A program made the position numbers and the translations under genes. Of a DNA stretch of 64,000 nt, positions 18,070-27,850 are shown in pieces; positions within the stretch are counted from its first letter, which is position 1, and every line of letters starts with the position of its first letter. This stretch comes from Myxococcales bacterium (GTDB taxonomy: Bacteria; Desulfobacterota; Binatia; HRBIN30), in assembly GCA_037445065.1 (NCBI GenBank), contig JBBILD010000009.1, forward strand, positions 1 to 64,000. The letters are read 5' to 3'. Below the pieces are notes generated by a model. The model did no database searches and was not told the DNA's origin. It was given only the letters and a program-made list of their open reading frames with translations.

Positions 18070-19598
18070 GGCTGGCCGGTCTGTGCGAAGCCGAGACCTG
18101 CCATCCACGCCGACAGGCGCTGTAAGTCCCACGGGCGAGCGAGCAAGGGGCTCGTACTGCCGCGGTACAGGACAGTAATCCGGTCGCTACACGACAGCAC
18201 TTCGTCCAAGTCGGTCGAAACCAACAGCACCCCGCAGCCGCGCGCTGCCACCTCTTGCAAGGCTTTTGCGATCGCCCGAGTGGCGAGGAAGTCCAGCCCC
18301 CGGGTGGGGTTCACGGCCACCAAGAGCTGCGGCTCAGCGGCGAGTTCCCGCGCCAAGATCAAGCGCTGCTGGTTGCCACCCGAGAGCGCGGCAGCACGTG
18401 TCTCGAGGCTCGGCGTGCGAATGCGGTAGCGCTCGACCAACTCGGCGGCATGAGCGCGGATCCGCGACCACTCGAGAAATCCGTGGCGCGTGAAGCGGGT
18501 GAGAGACGCGCGGTGCAAAAGCACGTTTTCCGCCACACTCATCGCCAGCACCAAGCCCTCGCGCTGCCGATCGGGAGGGATGAAGCCCACACCAGCGTCG
18601 AGCACCTCGGACGGGGAGCGGGGCGCAAGCCGCCTGCCGAGCAAGCGAATCTCTCCGGCCTGCAGCGGGCGCAATCCGGCCAGCACTTCGAACAACTCGC
18701 GCTGGCCATTGCCGTCTACCCCCGCCACGCCGACGATTTCGCCCCGGCGCACTTGCAGGGAAACGGCACGCAGTGGCATCCCCGCTGCGGAGGCGGCAGC
18801 CTGCACGCCGTGTAGTTCGAGCAGCGGCTCGCCGGAAATGCTGCGCGGGCTGGGGGCGGACTCCACGGGCAACTCGCCCACCATGGCGCGCGCGAGTTCT
18901 GTAAGATCCGGGAAGGGCCCATCGAAGGTGCCCACCACGCGGCCGTGGCGCAGTACGCTCACGCGGTCTGCCACCACCGCGACTTCCGGCAAGCGATGGG
19001 TAATGAAGAGCACGAGCAAGCCTTGTGCTTTGAGCTGGCGCAGCATCGCAAAGAGTTGCTCCGCCTCGCCGGGCGTGAGCACGGCAGTCGGCTCGTCCAA
19101 GATCAACACCCGGCGCGCCCCCACCAGAGCCTTGAGGATCTCGAGTCGCTGGCGCGCTCCCACCGGCAGGTGGCCGACCGGTTCGTCGAGAGCGGCGAGT
19201 TCCAGTCCGACACGTTCTGCCCAGGCACGCGCGCGCCGGTCGAGCTGCGCAGAATCGAACCGCCACTCCCGGGGTTCGGCCAGCACCAGGGCCAGGTTCT
19301 CGCGCACACTCAAGCGGTCAGCCAGAGCGAAGTGCTGGTGCACCATCCCGATGCCGAGTGCACGCGCTTCGAGCGGCGAGCGCAAGTGGAGCGTCTGTCC
19401 CCCGAGCCGGATCTCGCCGGCATCGGCGCGCTCTTCGCCGGCCAGGATGCGCATGAGTGTGGATTTGCCGGCGCCGTTTTCCCCCAGCACGGCGTGCACC
19501 TCGCCCCAGGCAAAGGAAAGGGACACTCCCGAGAGGGCCTGCACGGGGCCGTAGCGCTTGTAGATCCCGCGCACCTCTACCGCCGGTGACCCCGACAT
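18066..19598 (-). CDS. ABC transporter ATP-binding protein with tandem NBDs
   Basis: GENGAGKST, IGMVHQHF, LDEPTAVL, GVDGNGQ, LSGGNQQR. Confidence 0.92.
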   Translation of the reverse strand: MSGSPAVEVRGIYKRYGPVQALSGVSLSFAWGEVHAVLGENGAGKSTLMRILAGEERADAGEIRLGGQTLHLRSPLEARALGIGMVHQHFALADRLSVRENLALVLAEPREWRFDSAQLDRRARAWAERVGLELAALDEPVGHLPVGARQRLEILKALVGARRVLILDEPTAVLTPGEAEQLFAMLRQLKAQGLLVLFITHRLPEVAVVADRVSVLRHGRVVGTFDGPFPDLTELARAMVGELPVESAPSPRSISGEPLLELHGVQAAASAAGMPLRAVSLQVRRGEIVGVAGVDGNGQRELFEVLAGLRPLQAGEIRLLGRRLAPRSPSEVLDAGVGFIPPDRQREGLVLAMSVAENVLLHRASLTRFTRHGFLEWSRIRAHAAELVERYRIRTPSLETRAAALSGGNQQRLILARELAAEPQLLVAVNPTRGLDFLATRAIAKALQEVAARGCGVLLVSTDLDEVLSCSDRITVLYRGSTSPLLARPWDLQRLSAWMAGLGFAQTGQP

Positions 19599-19646
19599 GA
19601 CCAGGTTCCTTCTCGTTCGTGCTGGCGGGAAGCGTTGGGCGCCGCT

Positions 19647-20621
19647 TCAAAACTCCACAGTCGGCACTTGCAGCGAGCCGTCCAAGATCGCCTTGCGCGC
19701 GGCCTCCACCCGTTCCTTCGCGGCCGCCGGGATGCGTACTTCCAGGCGCGGGTTCCACTGCAGGGATACCACTCCATCCTTCATTCCCTTGCGCTCCACC
19801 CGGCCCACGAACCGGCCTTCTCGCACCTCGCGTGCGATCTGCACGAAGGCGCGTGGCAGATCAATGACAGCACTGGCCAGCACCACATCAGGGGCGACAT
19901 CGTTCTGGTTTTTGTTGGCGCCAAAAGCGAACACCTTCCGCTCCTGGGCGGCCTGGAAGACTCCCAAGCCGGCGGCGTCGGCGTTATGGAACAACAAGTC
20001 CGCCCCCTGCTGGATGAGCGCGAAGGACGCCGCCTTAGCCGCACCTACATCTTCCCAGTTTCCGATGTAGACCACGCTCACCTGGAAATCCGGGCGTACA
20101 GACTTTGCCCCCGCTTCAAAGGCCAAGATGGTGCTTTTGACGGAGGGGATCTCCACGCCACCCACCGCTCCAGCTTTACCGGTTTTCGACATCGAGGCCG
20201 CGAGCACCCCCTCGAGGTAGGTCGCCTCTTCGAGCAAGAAGCGGATCGGGGCGACGTTTCTCCGCACCGTGTTCCCGGAAGTAGTGATGAACACTGTGTC
20301 CGGAAAATCGGGTGCAACGGCGGCCGCTGCCTCTTGAAATTCGAAGCCATGGCCAAAGATGAGCTGGTAGCCGCGGCGCGCAAAATCGCGGAAGCCTTCT
20401 TCGAACTCGGCCGGAGTTTTGGTTTGGATTTGGCTCACCTCGGCGCCGAGTTCGTCGCGGATCTTGAGCAAACCCTCGTAGGCGAGCGCATTCCAGCCCG
20501 CATCGCTCACTGGGCCAGGGCTGAGGAGGGCAACCTTGAAGGGTTTTTGCTGCCCGCTGGCCACACCCGCAGTGAGCCCCAGCGCCACGCATCCTGCCAG
20601 GAAGCAGGCCATCCATTTCAT
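19647..20621 (-). CDS. BMP-family substrate-binding protein
   Basis: Signal peptide; GPVSDAGWN, GHGFEF, YLEG, GNWED, QQGAD. Confidence 0.88.
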   Translation of the reverse strand: MKWMACFLAGCVALGLTAGVASGQQKPFKVALLSPGPVSDAGWNALAYEGLLKIRDELGAEVSQIQTKTPAEFEEGFRDFARRGYQLIFGHGFEFQEAAAAVAPDFPDTVFITTSGNTVRRNVAPIRFLLEEATYLEGVLAASMSKTGKAGAVGGVEIPSVKSTILAFEAGAKSVRPDFQVSVVYIGNWEDVGAAKAASFALIQQGADLLFHNADAAGLGVFQAAQERKVFAFGANKNQNDVAPDVVLASAVIDLPRAFVQIAREVREGRFVGRVERKGMKDGVVSLQWNPRLEVRIPAAAKERVEAARKAILDGSLQVPTVEF

Positions 20622-20689
20622 GCGCGCGGCTATAGCCAAGGCTTTTTCGCTGCTGCAAGGATTTGACCGCGCACCGCGCATTCGCGAGC

Positions 20690-21562
20690 ATGCCTCGGAT
20701 GTACCTCAGCTTGCTCACCCTTGCCCTGCTGTTTGCAGCGCCGCCAGCCAGCGCCGAGCTACGCTCGGTGGTAAGCACGATTTTTCCCTTGGCCAGCCTC
20801 GCACAGGGTTTGCTCCAGCCGAGCACGGACGTGACGGTTCTGCTGCCCGCTGGCGCCAACCCCCACACCTTCGAGCCCGCACCGCAGCATCTGGCGGCTG
20901 TGGAGCGCGCCGATTGTGTGCTGGAAGTCGGGGGCGGGCTCGACAACTGGGTGCAAAAACTCCTCCGCGCCCGCTCGCGACCACCGGTGGTGTTCACCCT
21001 CACCGCGGTCACGCCGCTTCTGCCCGCGGCAAGCGACGAGGCGCACGGCAGCGACCCGCACGTGTGGCTCGATCCGATCCGCATGCGCGATCACGCGCTG
21101 CCCGCGCTGGCGCGCCTTTTGGGGTCGCTCGATCCGCAGCACCGCACGCAGTACGAAGAGCGGCAGCGGCGCCTAGAGCAGAAACTGAGTGCGCTCGATC
21201 TCGAGATCGCCGCTACCCTCGCACCCGTACGCAGCCGCGCCTACGTGGCTTTGCATTCGGCCTGGCGCTACTTTGCCGCGCGCTACGGGTTGGTGGAGGC
21301 GGCAACCTTGGAACCGTTCCCAGGCAAAGAACTCTCTGCACGCGAGATGGTCGCGATCGCGCGCCAGATCCAGGCGAGCGAAGCCAAGGTGCTGCTCGTC
21401 GAACCCGGCCTTTTCTCGCGCCTGGCAACGCAGGTAGCCGCGGAATCCGGACTCCGCTTGGTGACGCTCGACCCGTACGGGCAAGGGGGGCAGCCCGGCT
21501 TCGACCGCTACGAGACCCTGTTACGCACAACGGCACAGGGCTTGGCCGAGGCGCTCCGATGA
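20690..21562 (+). CDS. znuA: Zn/Mn ABC transporter substrate-binding protein (ZnuA/TroA family)
   Basis: ANPHTFEP, DPHVWLDP, HSAWRYF, TLDP. Confidence 0.85.
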   Translation: MPRMYLSLLTLALLFAAPPASAELRSVVSTIFPLASLAQGLLQPSTDVTVLLPAGANPHTFEPAPQHLAAVERADCVLEVGGGLDNWVQKLLRARSRPPVVFTLTAVTPLLPAASDEAHGSDPHVWLDPIRMRDHALPALARLLGSLDPQHRTQYEERQRRLEQKLSALDLEIAATLAPVRSRAYVALHSAWRYFAARYGLVEAATLEPFPGKELSAREMVAIARQIQASEAKVLLVEPGLFSRLATQVAAESGLRLVTLDPYGQGGQPGFDRYETLLRTTAQGLAEALR

Positions 21563-22359
21563 ACTCCGCACCGTTTGCCATCGAGACCCGGGCGCTGGCG
21601 GTGCGCTTGGACGGGCGCGAGGTGCTCTGGGAGATCGATCTCGCCATTCCGCCCGGCCGCTTTGTGGGGATCATCGGCCCGAATGGGGCCGGGAAAACCA
21701 CGCTCCTGCGGGTCTTCCTCGGGCTGATCCCGCCAGCCCGCGGCGAGGTACGCATTTTCGGGTATGCACCGCGCGAGGCACACCGGCACGGCATCCGCAT
21801 CGGCTACGTGCCGCAGCGACCACAGATTGACCCGCTCTTCCCGGTCAGCGTGCGCGACGTGGTGGCCATGGGGCGCGTGCCGCGCATCGGCTGGCTGCGC
21901 TGGCCCGGGCGCGAAGATCGCCGGCACATCGAGCGCGCGCTCGAGCGGGTGGGCCTCGCCCACCTGGCCGGCAAGCGCCTGAGCGAACTTTCCGGCGGCC
22001 AGCAGCAGCGCGCGTTTCTGGCCCGTGCCTTGTGCAGCGAGCCAGCCTTGTTGTTGCTCGACGAAGCCACCACCGGGCTCGACCTCCCGGCACAGCACGA
22101 CCTCTACAGCCTGTTGCAGCAAATCCGGCGCGACTTGCAGATCACGGTGGTGGCGGTGTCGCACGACTTACTCGAACTCGCCTCGCACGCCGACGAGCTG
22201 GTGTGCATCAACGGCACCACCCACGTGCACGGCAACCCGGAGTTCGTGCTGCACAGCCACAAGCTGCGCGAAGCGTACCGCTGCGAGGTGGATTTCCTGG
22301 CCGAGGATCGCGCGCACCACCGCGCCGCCGCGGGGGCTGCACCGGAGGCAAAGCGGTGA
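21559..22359 (+). CDS. znuC: Metal ABC transporter ATP-binding protein
   Basis: GPNGAGKTT, IGYVPQ, LSGGQQQR, LLDE, SHD; ATGA overlap. Confidence 0.88.
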   Translation: MNSAPFAIETRALAVRLDGREVLWEIDLAIPPGRFVGIIGPNGAGKTTLLRVFLGLIPPARGEVRIFGYAPREAHRHGIRIGYVPQRPQIDPLFPVSVRDVVAMGRVPRIGWLRWPGREDRRHIERALERVGLAHLAGKRLSELSGGQQQRAFLARALCSEPALLLLDEATTGLDLPAQHDLYSLLQQIRRDLQITVVAVSHDLLELASHADELVCINGTTHVHGNPEFVLHSHKLREAYRCEVDFLAEDRAHHRAAAGAAPEAKR

Positions 22360-23162
22360 GCGATTGGCTTGCCTACAGCTTCCTGCAACGCGCGGTGGTG
22401 GCGGGTCTTCTCGCCGCCGTCACTTGTGGTGTGCTCGGCTTTTTCGTGCTCCTCCGGCGGCTTTCGTTTCTCGGCGTGGGTGTGTCGCACGGTGCGCTCG
22501 GCGGCGTGGCGCTGGGCCTGGTCATGGGCGTGGAGCCCGTTCTGGCCGCAGCGGTGTTTGCAACGCTGGTCGCTTGGTCGGTGGGCTGGCTCGGCGAGCA
22601 CGGCAACATGCACGAGGATACCGCGGTCGGCGTGTTGTTCTCCGCGGCAATGGCGCTCGGTGTCGCCATCCTCAGTGCTTCGCCCGAGTACCGCGGTGAC
22701 TTGTTCGGGTACTTGTTCGGCAACATCCTGGCGGTGACCGGCGCAGACCTGTGGCTGCTCGGCAGTTTGAGCGTGGCCGTGCTCACGGCCGTGGCCTTGC
22801 TCTTCAAGGAGCTGCTGTTCGCTTCGTACGACGAAGAGGTCGCGCGCGCCAGCGGCCTGCCGGTGACCGCCTTGCACTATTTTTTACTGGGCGCTCTGGC
22901 ACTGACGGTCGTAGTGGCGATGCGCGTGGTCGGCGTAATTCTGGTGGAAGCGCTGCTCGTGATCCCGGCTGCGACCGCCTACCAGTGGGCGACTGGTTAC
23001 CGCGAACTACTCGTGCTCGCCATTGCGTTCTCCGTGTTCGGCACACTCGGTGGCTTGCTCGCTTCCTATTGGTGGAACGTGGCAGCAGGGGCCAGCATCG
23101 TGCTCGTGCTCGCGGCCGTATTTACCGTGAGCGTGCTCGCCCGCCGCGCCCGCCGCACGTGA
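22356..23162 (+). CDS. znuB: Metal ABC transporter permease
   Basis: FLQRA, GVSHGALGG, LFGYLFGNIL, VVGVILV.ALLVIPA; GTGA overlap. Confidence 0.88.
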   Translation: MSDWLAYSFLQRAVVAGLLAAVTCGVLGFFVLLRRLSFLGVGVSHGALGGVALGLVMGVEPVLAAAVFATLVAWSVGWLGEHGNMHEDTAVGVLFSAAMALGVAILSASPEYRGDLFGYLFGNILAVTGADLWLLGSLSVAVLTAVALLFKELLFASYDEEVARASGLPVTALHYFLLGALALTVVVAMRVVGVILVEALLVIPAATAYQWATGYRELLVLAIAFSVFGTLGGLLASYWWNVAAGASIVLVLAAVFTVSVLARRARRT

Positions 23163-23370
23163 GCCGAGCGGCGTCGCGATCCTCGTGCCGGCGGGTTTTT
23201 GGGCGAATCACCGACCTCCATCGAAGCGCGATCGCCTTCGGCGTTGCGCGCGGCCATGGCAAGGTGCCTAGTTCATGGCCGCGCAGCAGTGGAAGCAGCG
23301 TCCCGTCAGAAGCACACGATTCGCACTACCGCGTGCAGCAACGACGCGTGGGTTCGCGGAACCACTGCGC

Positions 23371-23454
23371 CGATGCGTTGCAGGGCAGGGCTCGTGCCTG
23401 CCCGTGGCCCAACCGGACCGACAATGTCCAGAGCGCACCGCGGGCGGCCCCTAC
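23371..23454. repeat. Inverted REP-like doublet (REPIN-like)
   Basis: GCAGGGCAGGGCTCGTGCCTGCCC faces GAGCGCACCGCGGGCGGCCCCTAC; the first copy matches the element at about 4855-4893. Confidence 0.6.
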
Positions 23455-23609
23455 GATCGGCGGGGGCACCGCACCGATCCCGCCCGGTGCCCTGCCTGCG
23501 GACCATTCGCCACTCCCCGCTCCGCATGGACGACGACAAGAGGCGTGCCCTCAAATCCGCGGGGCAGCTTGCTGCCCGCGGTCGCGCACAGTGCCCGGCG
23601 AACCCACCG

Positions 23610-23635
23610 TTCGCCGTTCGCCATTTGCCATTCGC
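23610..23635 (+). repeat. Heptamer tandem repeat (TTCGCCR)
   Basis: TTCGCCG TTCGCCA TTTGCCA TTCGC; same unit as 4781-4797 on the opposite strand. Confidence 0.7.
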
Positions 23636-23932
23636 GCTTCGCCCCGGCACGGTCGTTCGTGGTCGCGGCGGGCCTTGGGGTCAGGGCTGCGCTCTGCGCG
23701 CACGACTCTGCCCCGCTCCGCAGATGGGTACATAGGAAAGAAAACCTGTGGTCGTCTGCCAAGGTGGTCCTTCCGCGACCTACCTGACTGGTGGTCTTCG
23801 CGGTTTGTCCTTTCCCGCCATGCGAATCCCGTGGCCTCGGTGTCCCTGGACTGAGGCCCTCACTCACTGCCCCGACAGTCGTCCGGCGCAGGAGCCCGGT
23901 CCGGCGCCTGCCGGCGATCGCCCCGGGGAGCC

Positions 23933-25279
23933 TCATGGCCGCGCTTCAGGAGGACCTGTGCTGTCTACTTCCTCGCGCATCCGGCACCAAGTCTCCAGCA
24001 CAGGGGCAAGCGCACCGGCAAACGCAGCGAGCCGCTCTTCATCCTTCCGATCGAAGGGGCCACCGTGCTTGTTCAAGAGTTGCACGGCGCCGATCACCGA
24101 ACCAGCGCGGCCGCAGACCGGGGCGCAGAGCACGGTGCGGGTGCGGTACCCAGTGGCTTCGTCCACTTGGCGATGAAACAGCGGATCCGCGTACGCATCC
24201 GGCACGTTGCGGACCTTGCCGGTGCGTACCACCTCGCCGGCGATGCCGCGACCGAGCGGCAGGCGGATCTCCACCGAACCCGCGTCGCCTTGCGCCACCT
24301 TCGACCACAGCTCCCCCCGCTTCGCATCGACTAAAAACAGGGTGGCGCGATCGGCGCCAACCAGCCGGCCAGCTTTGAGCGTAAACGCCTCGAGCACTTG
24401 GTCGAGCAACGCTTCGAAGGCTGCATGATTTCGCAGATCGAAGGCGCGCAAGAACTGCTGGAAGTCGGCCGTCGTAGATTCCAGCAACTGGCTGAACTGC
24501 TGTTCCGGCATTTCCTGCACTTGCCGCACGAGCGCTCCTTGCCGGTTGTTTTGCGTCACCAGGTCGAGGAAGCGGGAGCTGTCAGCCAGTGCGGCACTCG
24601 TAAACGAAGACAAGCGCCCATCCTCCATATGAATCATGCGATCCGCAACATCGAGAATGCGGTTGTCATGGGTAACCAGCACCACGGTGCAGCCTTGCTG
24701 CTTGGCCAAGCGGCGCATGAGTTCGACCACTTCGCGACCCGACTCCTTATCGAGTGCGGCGGTGGGCTCGTCCGCCAAGATGAGCTTCGGCTCGCGCACC
24801 AGAGCGCGCGCGACCGCCACCCGCTGGCGCTGTCCCGCGGCCAGTTGGCTGGGAAAGTGCCAAGCACGCTGGGCGAGATCCACGCTTTCCAGCATGCGAA
24901 GCGCTCGCTCCCGCCGTCGCCGCCGGCTCACCCCGGGTTCCAAGTACAAGCCCATTTCGACGTTTTCCACAGCGGTAAGCGAGTCGAGCAAATTGTGGGC
25001 TTGAAAAATGTACCCGATGCCGCGCCGTACCTTCGCCAACGTGCGCCGCGACACAGCGCACAGTTCCTGCCCAAAGACCCGCAGGCTCCCTGCTTGCACG
25101 GAGCGCAGGGCCCCGATGAGCGTCAGTAGGGTGGTCTTCCCCGAACCGGAAGGCCCGGTCATGATCACGATCTCGCCCGCGTGTACCGTAGTGGTGACAC
25201 CGAACAAGATTTGCTTGCGCAGAACACCGCTACCTACAAAGTGATCCACCTCGCGTACGACGACGGGCTCCGAGGACAC
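23933..25279 (-). CDS. DevA-like ABC exporter ATPase fused to a C-terminal GAF domain
   Basis: GGAGG RBS and GTG start; GPSGSGKTT, IGYIFQAHNL, LADEPTAALD, VTHD; GAF with ADRATLFLVD...LWSKVA...NKHGGPFDRKDE. Confidence 0.85.
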   Translation of the reverse strand: MSSEPVVVREVDHFVGSGVLRKQILFGVTTTVHAGEIVIMTGPSGSGKTTLLTLIGALRSVQAGSLRVFGQELCAVSRRTLAKVRRGIGYIFQAHNLLDSLTAVENVEMGLYLEPGVSRRRRRERALRMLESVDLAQRAWHFPSQLAAGQRQRVAVARALVREPKLILADEPTAALDKESGREVVELMRRLAKQQGCTVVLVTHDNRILDVADRMIHMEDGRLSSFTSAALADSSRFLDLVTQNNRQGALVRQVQEMPEQQFSQLLESTTADFQQFLRAFDLRNHAAFEALLDQVLEAFTLKAGRLVGADRATLFLVDAKRGELWSKVAQGDAGSVEIRLPLGRGIAGEVVRTGKVRNVPDAYADPLFHRQVDEATGYRTRTVLCAPVCGRAGSVIGAVQLLNKHGGPFDRKDEERLAAFAGALAPVLETWCRMREEVDSTGPPEARP

Positions 25280-25293
25280 GGCCTGCCTCCACC

Positions 25294-26454
25294 TCAGAAG
25301 ATGTCCGCCGGGTCGGCGGCCCGCACCTTGCGCACGGCCACCAAGCCGGAAACCATACACATTGCCATCGTGAGCAGCAGCACGCCGATGCCGACCTCCC
25401 ATCCCAAGTGCATCGGCAGCTTGGTGGCTCGCTCGGTCAACGCATACAACTGATAGCTCAGGGCGGCCCCTGGCAAGAATCCTACGAGAGACAGCCACAG
25501 CGCTTGCCACAGCACCACCCGGTACAACTAGCCGTCGGTGTAACCCATTGCCTTGAGGGTGGTGTACTCGGATAGGTGGTCCGACACATCGGCAAAGAGG
25601 ATCTGGTACACGATCACCAAGCCGACGACGAACCCCATGACCGCACCGAACGTGAACACGAAACCGATCGGTTGAGCGGCGGCCCAGTAGCGCTTTTCGC
25701 GCTCCATCCACTGCGCCTTGGTCAGCACCTCCACGTCAGCGGGGAGCCGCTGGGCGAGTTCATCGCGTACACGCTGTGAATCCGCACCCGGCTGCAGCCG
25801 GATCGCGCCAATCTCGATCAACCCTTCGTCTCTCCCCGGGAACAGGCGCAGGAAGTTCAAGTCACTGGTCACCAAGCTGCCCTCAATGCCGAACGAGGTG
25901 CCGAGAGCAAACAAGCCGGCCACCCGCATTTCGCGACCGTTCACCTCCGCATGCACGCGCCTCCCCTGGCGCAAGAGAGCCGGCACTGGGCCAAAGGCGG
26001 GGCGCGAGGCTTCATCGAAAAGCAGCAAATCAGGCTCCACCAACAGCGAGCGCTGATGCTCTACCCCGTCATTCGCTAGCACGGGCTGGCGCGGATCAAG
26101 GCCCGCAACAAAAATGCGGTGCGACTTCCCGTCCTCCGGATTCTTCCACACCATCATCGCTACACGTACGGGAGCCACCCCTTCTACTTGCGGGTGGCCG
26201 AGCGCTTGGTACAGCCGGCGCCAGCTAAACGGGCGCATGGCAGCCAGGTACTGGGACTGCGGGCTGATCAGGAACACGTCGCCGAAGAGCTGGCTATGGA
26301 AGCGCACCGCACTCGCGAACAGCGCCCCGCGGAAGCCGAGCTGCATCAGCATGAGGACCACGGCAAACGCGACACCCAGCACCGCCACCAAAAGCCGCAG
26401 CCGGGTGCGCGTGAGTTGCCGCCGAGCGAGCGCACCAGAACGCAGGCGGTTTCC
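25294..26454 (-). pseudogene. DevC-like ABC permease interrupted by an in-frame TAG
   Basis: FAVVLMLMQLGF, YQILFADVSDHLSEYTTLKAMGY and ADPADIF all lie in one frame with TAG at 25528-25530; no ATG/GTG before the conserved N-terminus. Confidence 0.75.
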
Positions 26455-27420
26455 CTAGCTGCTTTCGCGGGTGGAGGCGTTGCGGACGCCAGGCCCTACA
26501 GGCTCGAGTCGCACATCCACACGCAGGTTGGTGAGTCCGGCTACCGGCTCGCTGTCGGCCAACCGGATGCGCACCTCGACCACGCGAGCGTCGGTCTTGG
26601 CGGCCGGGTCGTCGGCGAGCACGTCGAGCTTGCCGATTTTGTAGCCGATCTGCTCGACCACACCCCTGATGGGGTTTTCGAGGACCGGGCTACTGACCAA
26701 CGCGGGCTGCCCGACGCGCACCCGCCCGATATCGTCTTCGAACACCTCGGCGACCGCGTACATCTGGTTCGTGTCGCCCAACTCGAGCACTCCGGCGGAT
26801 GTCACCCGCTCTCCCGGATAGGCATGGATCTTGAGCACCCGCCCATGGATCGGCGCGCGAATGCGCGACAGTTCGAGGTCTGCTTCCGCTTGCTCGAGTT
26901 CCGCGCGCGCCAAGGCGACACGGGTGCGCCATTCATCGCGCTCCGCCGTAGACACCACTCGCGCCCGGTGCAGCTCTTCGAAGCGTCGCAGTTGAAGCTC
27001 AGCAAACGCCAGGTTTGCCGCGGACCGCGCCACCGCCGCTTGGCGGCTGGGGTAGGTATCGAACACGCCCACCACCTCACCGCTCTTCACTTCAGATCCT
27101 TCTCGCACGTACAGCTCGCGCACCACACGCACCAAGGTCAGTGCCTCTGCCGACCCCGAAACGCGCAACACCCGCTGCTTGGGCTCGAGGCGACCGCAGG
27201 CCGCAATCGCGGCTGTCTGCGGAACGCCACCCTCACTGCCAACCCTATCCCCCGCTGGTACCCGCAAAGCGGGCACCGCCGCCAGCAGGAGCAGTGCGGC
27301 GAAGCTTCGGCGGGGGCTTCTCGTTCTCCACACGCATTCGCCCGAGCGGTTCCGCCATCGCGCAGCCGAGCCCACCAGGCGCCCCGCGCGGGGCCACAGC
27401 GTTCGTCTTGTGTTTTCCAT
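26455..27420 (-). CDS. DevB/HlyD-family membrane fusion protein; start uncertain
   Basis: GRLEP, LYVREGSEV, IRAPIHGRVL, AEVFEDDIGRVRVGQ, DARVVEVRI, LTNLRVDV. Confidence 0.85.
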   Translation of the reverse strand: MENTRRTLWPRAGRLVGSAARWRNRSGECVWRTRSPRRSFAALLLLAAVPALRVPAGDRVGSEGGVPQTAAIAACGRLEPKQRVLRVSGSAEALTLVRVVRELYVREGSEVKSGEVVGVFDTYPSRQAAVARSAANLAFAELQLRRFEELHRARVVSTAERDEWRTRVALARAELEQAEADLELSRIRAPIHGRVLKIHAYPGERVTSAGVLELGDTNQMYAVAEVFEDDIGRVRVGQPALVSSPVLENPIRGVVEQIGYKIGKLDVLADDPAAKTDARVVEVRIRLADSEPVAGLTNLRVDVRLEPVGPGVRNASTRESS

Positions 27421-27424
27421 CCTG

Positions 27425-27613
27425 TCACCCCCCTGCCGGCGTGCCCGGGGTGCCGAGGCAGCTACTTAAAAAGGCGAGCATTTCTTCCACGCTGGCAAAG
27501 CGTGCCGCCATTCCGGAGAGAAGATGCTCGACGCGCCCGCTGCACTGCCTCGCTTGCGGGTCGGACTGCTCGCTCAGCTCGACAAGGAATGTTCTCTCCA
27601 ATTTGCCAGCCAT
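27425..27613 (-). CDS. Small hypothetical protein (62 aa)
   Basis: TFLVEL...GRVEHLLSG...RFASVEEMLAFL pattern; lies 4 nt upstream of devB on the same strand. Confidence 0.6.
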   Translation of the reverse strand: MAGKLERTFLVELSEQSDPQARQCSGRVEHLLSGMAARFASVEEMLAFLSSCLGTPGTPAGG

Positions 27614-27850
27614 ACACTAGCCGCCTTTTCCAACTGTGGTGCCTACCAGGCTACCGCGGCAGCAAACGGAATCCAAACCGCAGCGACCGAAAGGTTTCCG
27701 AAATTTTTCTTTGTCGCCCGACTGACCCAAAGCTGCGGCGGGCGGCCTGCGGGAGGGCAGGCGTGGGCCGGCGCGAAAATTCTGGGGCCTGCAGCGACCG
27801 ATTGCTCTGCCGAAGCAGAAGCGGTACTCGCTTCGCCAGCGAGGCAACGC

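Noticed and set aside
20536..21558. 607-aa version of the metal ABC ATPase
   Set aside because: The N-terminal part overlaps znuA in another frame; the real start is ATG 21559.
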